Assembly (NCBI GenBank): GCA_002633005.1
Contig: NMRA01000541.1
Coordinates: 62,001-126,000, forward strand
Source of the DNA: Phoronis australis
Taxonomy: Eukaryota; Animalia; Phoronida
Direction: 5' to 3'
Length of the DNA: 64,000 nt
The position numbers and the translations under genes are program-made. The notes under the pieces are model-generated. The model was not told the origin of the DNA and ran no database searches. It saw only the letters and a program-made list of their open reading frames with translations. Positions 1 to 12,600 of this stretch are shown here, in pieces; position 1 is the first letter of the stretch; the number at the start of each line of letters is the position of its first letter.

Positions 1-20
1 GGCTCAGTATAAACTGGATT

Positions 21-440
21 ATGGTTAGCTTTGCCTCAATGAATTGTAGAGGTCTAGGAGACTTAGCAAAGCGTAGATGTGGTCCACTTTCTAAGAGAAA
101 GTCTTGTATTTACTGCCTCCGGGCACTCACTTCACCAAAGAAGAAACGAAATAAGTTCGTTCCACCTGGGAATATGATATAATGGTGAGCCTAGGAATAC
201 GAGACTCGCGTGGTGTGTGCATTCTTTTTAATAGAAACTTTGAATATGAAGTCAACTCCAAAAAATAGATTCGGATGGTAATCTGGTTGCCACGGAAGTC
301 TTAATTGAGAACAATTATCTAGTATATCTGATAAATTTGTACGGTCCAAACAGAGACAAAGAAGTTTCCTTGATGGATAAAATCCGTCAGAACGAGTTTC
401 TTTTGTCACAGACACACGTAAGGACGACATTTTGATGTAA
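21..440 (+). pseudogene. L1/Tx1-type LINE ORF2 APE endonuclease N-terminal fragment, frameshifted
   Basis: Reading across frameshifts gives SFASMNCRGLGDLAKRR..IYCL..THFTKEE..VRSTWEYD..SRGVCILFN..YLINLYGPNRD, matching the NxRGL, Q(E/D)TH, SRGV and NxYGPN motifs of L1-clade endonucleases. No RT follows. Confidence 0.8.
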
Positions 441-1040
441 CAACTGACGAGAACCTCGAAAACTTCCATTTACAGAATGCAAATTTTATATGCTAATAAG
501 GGAGCACTTGACTACTGCGCCGTCTATACATCGGCGGAAAAGCTTAAATACCCGTGACTGCGTGTGGGGAAATTGCGATTGTGTGCGCTGAAGTCGATAT
601 TTTCAAAGTACAATTATACCACAGTTTAAGGTTGCAAAGTGAGTTTTTTTGATATGCTTCGATTATATAGAAAAATCTTTACTCTCTCAGACGAAATCAT
701 CTGTGTTCTTTTAAATGAAAATTAACTCCTGAAATTAGTCCGGGGAAGGAGACCAAAAGCGGCAGTTTAGCTACATGTAGTTCTCCGTTCCTGGTTATCT
801 CTTCTTTGTATTATTAGCTTGTGTACCACATGGAGAGTGGTCGACACGGTTATGATACATATTAGTGTTTGTGTGTAAACGTTTAATGTTGGAAGATTCA
901 TTAAATATTGTTCTTTTATTTGTTTTTTTCCTACTAAATTTTCTGATTAAAGTCACGTTAATAAGGGTTTTACTTGTAATAATTAGTGGTTAATAAGTAT
1001 ATTAACCGGATTTAATCATTGTCTCTCCATCAAGACAAAA

Positions 1041-1235
1041 TCACAAAAATAGCAACCTTTCAAACAAACGTACCATCAAATTCTGACCAATACTATATGT
1101 AGCAAAAATATCAGAGAAAACGCTGTTATTCGTACCTTCACCTTCGCCATGTTTCTTGGAAATGAAATCGATCAAATCTCTCAAAACGTCTACGTATTTC
1201 AACTTCTTGCACGTTTCTAAGGTACCTTCGTACAC
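1041..1235 (-). CDS. Putative terminal coding exon of an unidentified host gene
   Basis: Minus-strand acceptor tcattttattgcag|GTG at 1236, then a phase-0 open frame VYEGTLETCKKLKYVDVLRDLIDF...RLLFL to TGA. No homology recognised. Confidence 0.3.
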   Translation of the reverse strand: MYEGTLETCKKLKYVDVLRDLIDFISKKHGEGEGTNNSVFSDIFATYSIGQNLMVRLFERLLFL

Positions 1236-1967
1236 CTGCAATAAAATGACAATGGTCTATAATGCATCTCGGCAGCTCATTCGGACTTGAGTAAAGCACT
1301 TATGACATTTTCATTATAGATAAAAACAAAAACAAAAAGAAATACCGCTTTATACTGATCTGGACAGCAGGCCCTGCCCAAAAGTTTGTAAAGTAAAAAA
1401 GTGCAACTCTGGTGTTATCAGAGCTGAAGAAGACACTTTCAACAGTTGCTCGATATTCGTCATGCAGAATATTAAAGCAGTCAGTGCTCAGTGAGATTTG
1501 TTGTTAACTGATCTGTTCGTCATCTATATTTAACTCTGCTAATATTTATTTGGCATATTTGTTTCCGAGAAATGACGTGACATTTCCTCGGTATTTCAAG
1601 TGAGCGTGTTAACCGACAGCACCTGCTACAGTGTACATCACCCCATCTGGTCCTTAGTGCACATTAAGTTCCAGCGGAATACTGAGGACATGGCGCCCAG
1701 CAAGCATCCAGAGGACCTCATACAAAGAGGTCCCACTGTCAAACGAGTGCAAAGTTTTGGAATGTGAAATCTGGCAATGTAGCCTAAGACGTAGTACTGT
1801 TGTATGTTTTTTTGTTATTGGAAACCATTCTGTATGTGGAGCATACATGATAGACATGTTGGTTCTCAGTAAATCAAGATATGAGAATGGAAAGGTTATA
1901 AAAATCAGGTGAAGCAGTACAATATGACAGCAAGATTTTGGAGAAATTTGGGGTACTTTCATAAGCT

Positions 1968-2022
1968 CATGGGCGGCGCAGCACTGAAAAAAGTGTGGGG
2001 CTTTATCCCCCCACCGCCCATG
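1968..2022. mobile_element. 55-bp minimal MITE (CATGGGCGG...CCGCCCATG)
   Basis: 9-bp terminal inverted repeats; flanks aagct/aagtt (4 of 5 match, possible 5-bp TSD). Confidence 0.45.
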
Positions 2023-2136
2023 AAGTTACAATTTTAATTATTATTTTCTTTCTCCCTCTCCCTCTCCTTCTCCCTCTCCCTCTCGGTTGGGTATATTCCT
2101 AGTTAGGCAATATCATTTGTTGTAAGGTGTGATTAG

Positions 2137-3261
2137 TTAAAATACTCGAGGCACACCTGTTCTGGCCAAATTATCCCGATAAAAATATAGATGTGTCCTG
2201 CGTTAAATAACGTTCCTTTACCGAGAATCATCAGGCGCAGCTTTCAAAAAGTTCATCCTGTCTTACAAAAATGCCATAATGTTGTTTTACAATAATGAGT
2301 ACACAACATGACTCTAGTACCTCAAAATAAATTTTATTATTTTATCTTACTTGATTTCAGTGCCTTTAGTGCACAGCTCATAAAGAAACACTCAAAAATT
2401 AAAAAAATGATTATTATATACAACGTCATGGGTTGAACCCAAGTCGTTCGCCATACTGTTCGGATCAGAGACAAAGTGTATAGAGTGAAGAAAAAGCAAG
2501 GTACATTTAGCGTCGAGAAGGTTCGTAGAGGGATCAAAAGATGTGTTGCCGATGGCTGCAGCAACAGCGTCCAGGCGGAGAACGTCTCGGTGTTCCGAAG
2601 GACACCAAAGTTTTGCAGAAGTGGCATCGCCTCATGCGCTGAACGAGAGTGCGGGACCTCATCGTGGACCAAGCGATTCGGTACGGGGCCACTCTGTGTT
2701 TTGCCCACTTTGATGACTCGTGTTTCGACTCCAGTCACAGGAGATGTTACGATGAAGGCCTGGTTCAATAAAGGACAATATTTATAAGTCAGAAACATCG
2801 GCTCTTAATTCATGATCGTCTGTTGAATGACTGGGTTGACTCGCCGAGCCCGAGGCTGCTTCTCTCGCGGAAGGACCCAGTTCGTAAGGCTCAAAGTGGA
2901 AAAGTACGCAGCTGGAGGCACATTAAACTTGTTCTCGCTTTCGTGCAACCCCATTTCCTCATCCTGACCACCATTCCCATACGTTTCTTCATACTATTCA
3001 TTCAATTCTTGCTCATAATCGTCGTCGCTTTCAAATTCACTGCTCTCCGCCATTGTTCAATGCTAGTCACTGATCTCTTGTGTTCAACCCATGACGTCAC
3101 ATGGCGGGAAATGTGAAAATTGACAAAATTGAAAGAAAAATCAAAATTTCGAGCTAATTACACAACATAAACATGGGTTTAGCTAAATTTTACGTCATAC
3201 ATTTAGTCTGTGGCCACCGGTAATTCAAAATGTGCAAAAATCCATGGTGTGTACTGTATAA
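2137..3261 (+). mobile_element. Internally deleted Kolobok-like DNA transposon (THAP 5' end on +, KolX-like 5' end on -)
   Basis: Plus strand from ~2540: CVADGCSNS..VF..KDTKVLQKW..MR*TR..LCFAHFDDSCF (THAP C2CH). Minus strand from ATG ~3054: MAESSEFESDDD..FHFEPYE..RADVSD, resembling the acidic KolX N-terminus. The convergent layout fits Kolobok. Ends are degenerate (TTAA at 2137), so boundaries are approximate. Confidence 0.6.
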
Positions 3262-4589
3262 AAGTAAACACGGAAATTGGAAAACTTGTTTTGTCCAGGA
3301 AATTCGGTTCATAAGATTCGGACAAACAGTGAAGTGTTCAAAATCAGGGTAGGAAAGTTCCAGTAAGCGAAATCATAAGCGAGAACCAGGAAAAGTATGA
3401 AACAGTCTAGGATAATTTTACAAAATCGTGGAAAAACTGGCCCATCCCAGTTACAATCGCTAAAATTGGAGTAAAATAGCACCTCTTTCATGCTAAGGAA
3501 AAACGAATTCGCCAAGAACATTTCAGTGCGCCAATTAAAATCTTTGAATGCTCCCTGGGCGAGTGGAGCGCTCCGACAATGAACCCTGAAAGTCAGTCCT
3601 TGATAAACAACACCATTTTTAAAGTATGTTATTTTCCATAATGTGTTATGTCAAGAAACTTACAGATACTTGTAGTAGCAATTACTTACAAACAAGTATG
3701 CTGCGTGAATTGAAATAAGGTGCCTATCAAACCGTATGAAAGTTATCAATTTGTAGGCCTATCAAACATGTCTTGACAATTCGCAATGACTAAAAATGTA
3801 GAGGAAAATTATGTCTTGACCAAGGAAATTGCTTGTTCGTTCCGAGACAGGAAAGTAAAGACCTTGGTATATATCCTATTTTTACTAAAACGTTTTTGTA
3901 AACCTGCTTGTATACTTGATTGATCGCGGTTTTAATGTCAAATATAAGGACATTTCATTTTAATAGTTATTTGCGCTAAAAATCGTCAGCCTAAGGGCCT
4001 AATGGTCTGTTGTAAATCGCCTACAACGTCAAACTGAAAATAATTCAACGGTGCCCGAAATGTGATTTTATTCTGGCTGGCACCAGAGAGATTTGAACTG
4101 ACACTTGTTTTTTTTTCTTCATAAAATGTAGGAATAGGGGCCTACTCTTTATATACCTGAGTGTGTGTACATAGTTACACACTGCACTATTACAGACCCT
4201 TGAATTAGTGATATTTCATCAATTTTGGTTTAATATTTAATGTTTCCCACTTATTTTCGGGTTATTAATAGAGTTTAATCATGCCCTTCAAGGGATTATC
4301 ACAATTGATTTGCCAATTTATATACATAACTGTAAATATAACTGATTTTTTTTCTAAGCAAAGAATTCTTCGTAAGCCCATAAAAGAAATGGATTTTACC
4401 TAGAAAAGTTGCGTCACATTATCGCAGTTGAAGAATTATTACAGTTGATTCACCAAAGGATCCCAATCAATTTTTTATTACCTATAAGTTTCTTTCTAAG
4501 CGAAGAAACATGCTCAGAAAGCTCTCATTTATTGAGAAGTCATTAATTTTTTACAAGAAAACAGGTACTCTATAACTTGATAAAATATG

Positions 4590-4828
4590 AAAGCCAAAAA
4601 CCAAGCATAAATGGAGCAACAGTTGGAAATCGTAAACACTTTTGTACAAACTTAAACCAAAATCAATTTCAAAATCTGCAATTTTTGGAGCACATCTACA
4701 ATACTTGGTACAGTACACATTCATCATATCTAATGAAAGTCTGGGAGACAAAACCCCATGTTTCTTAACTTGATTACCTTTGAGAGTCAAAAAGCTAACA
4801 TGACTGGGGACTATCATGAAATTCGCAA
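4590..4828 (+). repeat. ~190-bp tandem-repeat unit, left part; continues at 17312-17660
   Basis: tttcaaaatctgcaatttttggagcacatct...gagtcaaaaagctaacatgactgggg recurs twice at 17312-17660. Confidence 0.7.
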
Positions 4829-7064
4829 GACAAGTTTTTGGATAAAAAACGTGAAAGTTGTCTTTATATTTGATCTTTAATGTTACTCGTGACGTTAACA
4901 AGTTGCACTAGATTGGCTGCTTCGCGGTCAATACGACGCTGTAGTTATTTTGTAAGCGCAGCTATTTTTGACAGTCTTCGCCCACAACTGCATTTTTTTC
5001 GTGTTTATGTTATTAACGGGTCTCCTATCACGCGCCCATGATGATGGCATAGTGAGTGAGTTGTTACACCGCGAAGAGCTCTCACTCCTGGGATTTTATT
5101 TTCATAGTATTGACCCTTGCAGTACTGACACGAAATTCATCCACGAACTTCGATGGCTCTAATTTCGAAATCATACTATGATTATGACTTGAACGAAATT
5201 AGACGGTGACATCAAACACGGATGAGCACTGCGGAGTCTACAGCCACTTGTAGCTTTGCGCATTCTGTTTTCATGTATCAGTGACATTAAAATCTGGGCT
5301 AGTTACATGTTCATTTGTACACGTAGGCAGTTGGTCGTTCACGTTGTTCCAAAAATGAATATTTTCTGTCAACAACATATTGACAAATTATGTAAAATAA
5401 AACAATTCACGGGAAGATGTGAATACGTGGTGAAGAGGTATTTGTCTCTACGCAGCATATGTGCGTGAATCTTTGGTAAACCGATTACGATGTCGAAGAA
5501 ATTTTATCAAGGTGCACTTTTAAGAAGCAAAGCGTCTGGTGATATTTATAGCGTATGGTCTGGCCACCTTAGGTAGTAAGGGACGCTGAATGACAAGTGG
5601 CAACTACATGTTTGGCGTGAAAATATAAAATCATGCTTTTTATCACCACCCCTCCAGAGAATTCCACATTCTAATGAGTCACCACTCGAGATTTGGTTCC
5701 GTTTCAGTCCTAAACTCGTAGAATAATACGTCTGTGCTCAGCTGTGCGAAGAAATACAGATTATGAAACGGTGCTCAATTTCAAAAAAACCAGCATGAGA
5801 GCCCTTTATCAGAAATGCCAAGCAAACGCAGCGTTGTAGGAAAGAGACGTCGGCTTTCCGTATGTCTACAAAAGTGCTTTGAGCAATGTGTACAAATTTG
5901 TTCATTTCGCTTTCAACACTGACGAATATCGTCAACACGGTGTTTTAAAAAAGTCAACTTTTTTGGGCATTTTCAAAAATAAATGTTTGGTTGATGAATT
6001 CAGCAAGTCTGTGCCCACGGGCAGATAAAGTATCTGCGTAAAGAAAGAGTTGCGTTTTCAAAACTTTCAGAGGTTGAGCTCAAGGACTACCTGAGAAAGA
6101 AATTAAAACCGAATACCACGAATACCATGTAGAAACTTGTCCAATTAATATAAACCTCTTGGAAAACTGTTACCCGAAGAAATGTGCAAAATACTAAAGT
6201 CATTCACGGAAGGTTGTGCCAGAGGTGATTCGTTGCTGCGGAGCCTCCACGGGATATTATAAACACTGTGCTGTACACTAGTTAGCTGAATGGAAAGCTG
6301 AAGCGGAAAAATTCAGAACACACATTTTCTATTCAGAAATTGAAATCTCTTTAGAATCAAAAACAATTGGAAACCAGGATTTATTGCGTCAGAAAACTTA
6401 TCACGCCAGGAGAGAATTGTTTTCATGCCTGGAAACTACGTTATTAACCATTATGCAATGATGACAATCCAATGTGTACCTATATATTGGCATCTGTCGT
6501 AAAACGTGGATTAGACGAAAGAAATTCAACTGCATTTCCAAGATAATATGCCTGTCGTCGGCGACCCTCGTTTATACCAGTATTACGGACATTATCACTT
6601 TGAAGGATCAATGCTTGGGGATGGTGACGTCGTGTCCTGGCGTGAAAAGTTACTGGCATGGAACGTTTTTGAACCTGACTTATTAAATTTTCAGTTCGGT
6701 CGTATTTTATTTTGATCCTGAAGTAAAGAATTTTTGTCTGGACGTTTTGAATTCTGGTCCTGATTTGTTTTTTGGTCTTCTGAGTGAAAACAATCTCAAT
6801 GTATTTGATTGTGTTAATTCTTGCTTAAGTAAAAGTTCTGGTTTTGAGATATTTATTTTTGGTCCTGGAGAGTTAACATGTTTTGCTTGGTTTCAATCTG
6901 GGAAAAAATATATGTCGTTAAATGTTTCCACTTAGGCCTTCCATAAACGTGGGAGAGCAGGCTGTGTAGCATCGTACAATGTAACTTCTTTTATAAATCT
7001 AGGTGTTTGTGATTTAGTAATGCTATGAAAAATGAGTAGTTGTTGCTTCGTTTGAAATATTGTA
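4829..7064 (+). mobile_element. Element X internal fragment (copy 1, left part, no TIR)
   Basis: Colinear, visibly diverged copy of 10043-12390; resumes at ~16603 after the Gypsy insertion. Confidence 0.9.
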
Positions 7065-7066
7065 GC

Positions 7067-7228
7067 TGCGATAAGTGATTTTGTGTGTGCAAAATCAGCA
7101 TTTAGAGTAAAGTTTTTAAGTTCTAAACTTGACCTTTATTGAAAACGTAAAATACAGACAAAGTATGTAGGCAAGCGCCATCTATTGGAAACTAAATAAA
7201 CTAACCATACTTAAGCTGTCATTCAACA
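7067..7228 (-). repeat. Gypsy 3' LTR (162 bp), preceded by a PPT
   Basis: Minus strand starts TGTTGAATG and ends TATCGCA; purine tract AAGCAGGGAGAA immediately upstream (7229-7240); contains AATAAA; matches 16453-16603. Confidence 0.9.
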
Positions 7229-7313
7229 TTCTCCCTGCTTTATGAAAGTTGAGAAAGTACTAAATGTGAAAAGATAGTCCTTAAACACTAAAGTCCGTGT
7301 AGTCGGAATCCAC

Positions 7314-9628
7314 TTAGTACACATACTCACTGAGGTATGAAGGAGTTTTTCTATTACGAGGAAATGGTGGGCTTTCATCAGTCACGGCAGTGTCGGTCTC
7401 AGTTTTAGTCGGGGCCATCAGGTCATAAGCAGAAGGGTTAGCGGTGGCATCAGGTGATCCGTTAAGCAGGGATGGTTCTGATGGCGGAATGACGACATCT
7501 GGCTTTGTCATTAGGTGAAAGTTAACACTTGTCGGTCTTATTTGCACACGGTATCGACGATATGAAGCGTTGTTCAGTCCCTGTACAACATAGGTGCGGT
7601 AAGCAAGCTTCTCCACAATTCTTCCTAGGGTCCATTGATGTCCTTCACGCAGCTCTAATTAGACAGTTCGACCTTTTGGTAGCTCGCAAAGATTTCTTGA
7701 TTTCCTGTCACACCATGCTTTTACAGCTTGCTTGTGCTTCAGTCTTTTGTCAGAGGCAATTTCGTCCTGTGGTACTTGTTTCCGCACGAAACGAGGCAGA
7801 AGAGTGCGGGTTGTTCTCTTAAATATCATTTGAGCAGGACTCAGACCAGTATCCTCACGTGGGGAGTTTCTTTGTTCCAGCAGGGCAATGTTTGGGTCTG
7901 TTCCATCGTCAGTGCCTTGAGCATTAAGTATTTAAGGACCTTCACAGCTGCTTCATCCTTTCCGTTAGCGGAGTGGTGTCCTGGCGATGACGTCACAAGT
8001 GTTATGCCCTCGTAGTAATAACGATGGCAAATTCACGAGAAGTGAAGTGCGCTCCACAGTCAGTTACAAGCATGGTTGGGATACCATATCGCGAGAAATA
8101 TTTCTTTAAACATCCAATCATTTTCGTGGTAGTAGCAGTCTCAAGTCGACCAACCTGAGTGAAGTTGGAATAGGGGTCGATAAGAACAATGTGTTGTCGT
8201 CGATTAATTTCAAAGAGGTCACTCGATACCTTTTCGTATGGTGTCTTTCCATCATTCTGCATTTGTAATGATTCACGTTGGTTGCGAGGTTGAAGTTCTT
8301 GACACGGGGTACATAATTCGACATGCCTTTTTATGTCCTCCGCCATCCTGGGCCAGGATACCAATGACCTAGCATGACTTAACATGCTGTTGTAGCCTAG
8401 ATGAGCAGATTTTAGGCGAGCTTTTATGTCCTTACACATCTGACCGGGAATCACAATCCCTTCACCCTTTAGGATGATTCCAGCTTCACATGGGAGAATG
8501 TCACGCATACTGTGGTATGCTTTCAGCTCAGCAGGCATGGACACCCACTCAGTATATACGACCTTAAAGTGGACATCAGGGGATCGTCGTCAGGTGCCTT
8601 CTTCGCTTCCTGAAGACGCGCATCTGAGATGTCCAGGAAGTAGTCAATTTTCAAGGTTTCTTCATAAACAAGGGCATTCAGGAATGCACGGCTAAGTGTG
8701 TCATCAATGTACAGCTCGGAACCTTTAACAAACTGAAATTCAACATCATAGCGGTATAGTGTCATCAGTAGACTTTGGAGACGCTTTGGAGCTTGACTCA
8801 GAGGTCTCTTCAATATGGCTGACCGAGGGTAATGATCGTTCTGTTTGATGGTGTACTGATCAAAACGTTCTAAGCCGAATACAACAGAGAGAAGTTCCTT
8901 CTCGATCTGGGCCCAGTTTCTCTCAGGTTGGGTTAGTGAGCGAGACGCATATTCAACCGGATGCCCTTGTTGGAGGAGAACAGCACCCATACTATCTTTG
9001 CTGCTATCAGCTTGCACAATTGTTTCTTTATCTTTGTCGAAGTAAGCGAGAACAGGAGTCTGTGTCAGCTTAGCTTTCACCACCTGCAAAGCAGCATCAC
9101 AAACAGGGGACCAGTTCCACGTAGAGTCATTTCTTGTTAGAGCACGCAAAAGTTCTAGGTCAGTAGACAAACCAGGTAGAAATTGAGAGAGGTATTGCAC
9201 CATTCCACACAGTTACTTCACAGCTTGGACATCAGTGGGCGGCAGCATATAGAAAATAGCTTCTATTTTGCGATCATCAGCTTTAATACCCTTGTCGGTG
9301 AAGAGATGTCCGTGGAAGGTTATTTCAGATTTTTGGATTTCTTTCTTGTCTTGGTTTAAGACGATGTGTCTCTGTTCACAGCGTTCAAAGAGCTGTCTCA
9401 GCTTGGCGTCATGATCTTTTGTTGCTTCAGTCTTAGTCTGTCCGCATCCAATTACAGATATGTCATCTGCAATTGTGAATACTCCTTCTAACCCACTCTG
9501 GGCTTCAGTAAGTTGACGTTAACATACTTCGCTGGACATTTTAGGTCCAAATGGGAGTCTTGCCCATCGGATACGTTCAAAAGGGGTTATCATCGTAGTA
9601 AGTCCTGATGACCCTCCATTCAATCCTA
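7314..9628 (-). pseudogene. pol: Gypsy pol 3' part: RT C-terminal half, RNase H, integrase
   Basis: TTMITPF..RLPFG and FTIADDI (RT); QADSSKDSMGAVLLQQGHPVEYASRSLT..WAQIEKELL (RNase H); AHLG..WPRM..CTPCQ (zinc-binding) and SDLFE..LVTDCGAHFTSREF (integrase core); ends RKTPSYLSEYV. Confidence 0.93.
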
Positions 9629-12600
9629 CAGCACACATCACGAATTTTTGGCCGACCGGTCGGAAATTGGTCGACGACCGGCCGTCGACCGGTCGGCAAA
9701 TTAGCCGACCGGTCGGCTAAAAATTAGCCGACCGGCAGCCGCCCGCAGTGCCGACTCATAAGGCGACCCCACAGCCGACCCTTCAGCCGACCCTTTAGCC
9801 GACCGGCCATCAGCCGACCAGCTGGTCGGCTGCTATTTTTAGGCTAGAGTAGCAGTTGCGTAATAGGTTGTCAGGCTCATACCACTTTGCGTGTCGATGC
9901 ATATTCGTCTTAGCACAGGGTCAAATAAATTAACCTAGTTTTGCTGTCTCGGTTACATGAGTTCACGTCGGTTGTGTAACACCACTACTTCGAAGGTTGA
10001 AGGCAAGCGGCATTAGTAAACATTGGATTATGGACAATGCAACAAGTTTTGGATGAAAAACGTGAAAGTTTTCTTTACATTTGATCTTTAATTTGACTCC
10101 TGACGTTAACAAATTGTATTAGATCGGTTGCTTCCCGGTCAATACAACGCTGTATAGTCATTTTGTAAACGCGGCTGTTTTTCGCAGTCTTCGCCCACAA
10201 TTGATTTTGTTTGTGTAACGCCAAACTGCATCGTTTTTGCGTGTTTTAAGTTATTCACCGGTCTCCTATCACGCGCCCATGATGAAGGATTAGTGAGTGA
10301 GTTGTTACACCGCGAAGAGTTCTCACTCCGGGGATTTTATTTTCATAGTATTGACCCGGCGAAATTCACGGTCCAGTATGCCCTAAACCCATGGACTTCT
10401 ACGGCTCTAACTTCGAAATCATACTATGGTTACGATTTCCACGAACTATGACGGTGACATCAAACACGGAATGACCACTGTTGAGGCTACAGCCAATTGT
10501 AGCTTTGCGCATTCTGTTTTCATGTATCGGTGACGTTAAAATCTGGGCTAGTTACATGTACACGTAGGCCCCTATCAGTTGGTCGTTCACGTTGTTCCAA
10601 AAATAAACACTTTCTGTCAACAACATATTGACAAATTATGTAAAATAAAACAATTGTGAACGGGAAGATGTGAATACGTGGTGAAGAGGTATTGTCTCTA
10701 CGCGGCATATGTGCGTGAATCTTTGGTAAAGCGATTGCGATGCCAAAAAATGATAGAAAATACATCAAGGTGCACTTTTGAGAAGCAAAGCGTCTGGTGA
10801 TATTTATAGCGTATGATCTGGCCACCTCAGGTAGTAAGTGACGCTGAATGAGAAGTGGCAACTACATGTTTGGCTTGTAACGCCACCCCTCCCCGAGTTT
10901 TGCCAATTCTAATCAGTCACCACTCGAGATTTGGTTCCGTTTCATTCCTAAAATCACAAAATAATTCTTCTGTGCTCAGCTGTAAGAAAAAATACAATTT
11001 TTTGAAATGGTGCTCAGTCTTAAAAAAGTTTCCATTATGAGAACGCTTTATCAGAAATGCCAAGCACACGCAGCGTTGTAAGACAAAGACGTTGGCGTTT
11101 CCGTATGTCCACAAAAGTGCTTTGAGCAGTGTTTACAAATTTGTTCATTTCGCTTTTCTACACTGACGACTATGGTCAAAACGGTGTTTTAAAAAAGTAC
11201 ACTTTTGACGGCATTTTCAAAAAAATATTTTGGTTGATGAATTCACCGAGTCGGTGCCACGGGCAGAAAACGTATCTGCGTAAAGAAAGAGTTGCGTTTT
11301 CAAAACATTCAGAGCATGAGCTCAAGGACTACCTGAAAAAGAAAATAAAACCGAATACCAAACAGAAACTTGTCCGTTGATCATATAGCTCTTGGAAAAC
11401 TGTTACCCCGAAGAAATGTGCAAAATACGAACGTCATTTACGGAAGGTTGTACCAGAAGTGATTCGTTGACGGCAGTGGAGCCGCCACGGGATAGTAAAA
11501 ACACGGTGATGTGCAATAGTTAGCTGAATGGAAAGCTGAAGCGGAAAAATTCAGAACACACATTTTCTATTCAGGAATTGAAATCTCTGTAGAATCAAAA
11601 ACAATTGACAACCAGGATTTATTGCGTCAGAAAACTTATCACGCCAGGAGAGAATTCTTTTCATGCCCGGAGACTACGTGGTCACCCATTATGCAATGAT
11701 GGCAATCCAGTGTGTACCTATACATTGGCATCTATTGTAAAACGTGGATTAGACGAAAGAAATTCAACTGCATTTCCAAGATAATATGTCTTGTCGGCAA
11801 GAGGTTGAACATTTAGCCCTTGTTTATACGTATAGTACGAACATTATCACTTTGAAGGATCAATGCTTGGGGATGGTGACGGGGTGTTCTGGCGTGTAAA
11901 GTTACTGACGTGGTAAGTTTTTGAACGTGGCTTATTAAATTTTCAGTTCGGTCGTATTTTATTTTGATCCTGAAGTGAAGAATTTTTGGTCCTCACTTGA
12001 TAAATTATAGGTGCTGATGTGATAAATTTCAGTCTTGACGTGGTGAATTTTAGTCTTTATTTGTTTTTTTTTTGGTCTTCTGTGTGAAAACAATCTCAAT
12101 GTATTGGATTGTTTTAATTCCTGCTTAAGTAAAATTTCTGGTTTTGAGATATTTATTTTTGGTCCTGGAGAGTTAACATGTTTTGCTTGGTTTTAATCTT
12201 GTATAGAAAATATATGTTGTTAAATGTTGCAAATTAGGCCTCCCATAAATGTGAGAGAGCAAGTTGTGTAGCAGCGTTCTGTGTAACTTCTTATATAAAT
12301 CTAGGTGTTCGTGATTTAGTAATACTATGAAAAATGAGTAGTTATGACTATGAAAAATGAGTAGTTGTGGATTCTTTTGAAATACTGTATCCTTTGTATA
12401 TGCCTGGTGTAGATGGCTCAGTGTGATATTATGTAAGCCTTATTATCCTCTATGGCTTAACAACTATATATCTTCATTCATGCCTAGAGGTACTCCCAGG
12501 ATCATCAAGCATGTGTGTGTATGTTTTTAGTCTAATGAGGCGTGCTTCGAATGTACAATTAGTAATCATACTTTTACAGTGGTTCATATCAAACGGATTC

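Noticed and set aside
1654-1785. Possible minus-strand exon (HSFDSGTSLYEVLWML)
   Set aside because: Acceptor is weak, two frames are about equally open, and there is no convincing phase link to the 1235 exon.
9640-9830. GCCGACC arrays as a CRISPR-like or iteron array
   Set aside because: Motifs are 7-10 bp with irregular short spacing, mirrored at the other end of a TIR element, in eukaryotic DNA with no cas genes; they are subterminal repeats.
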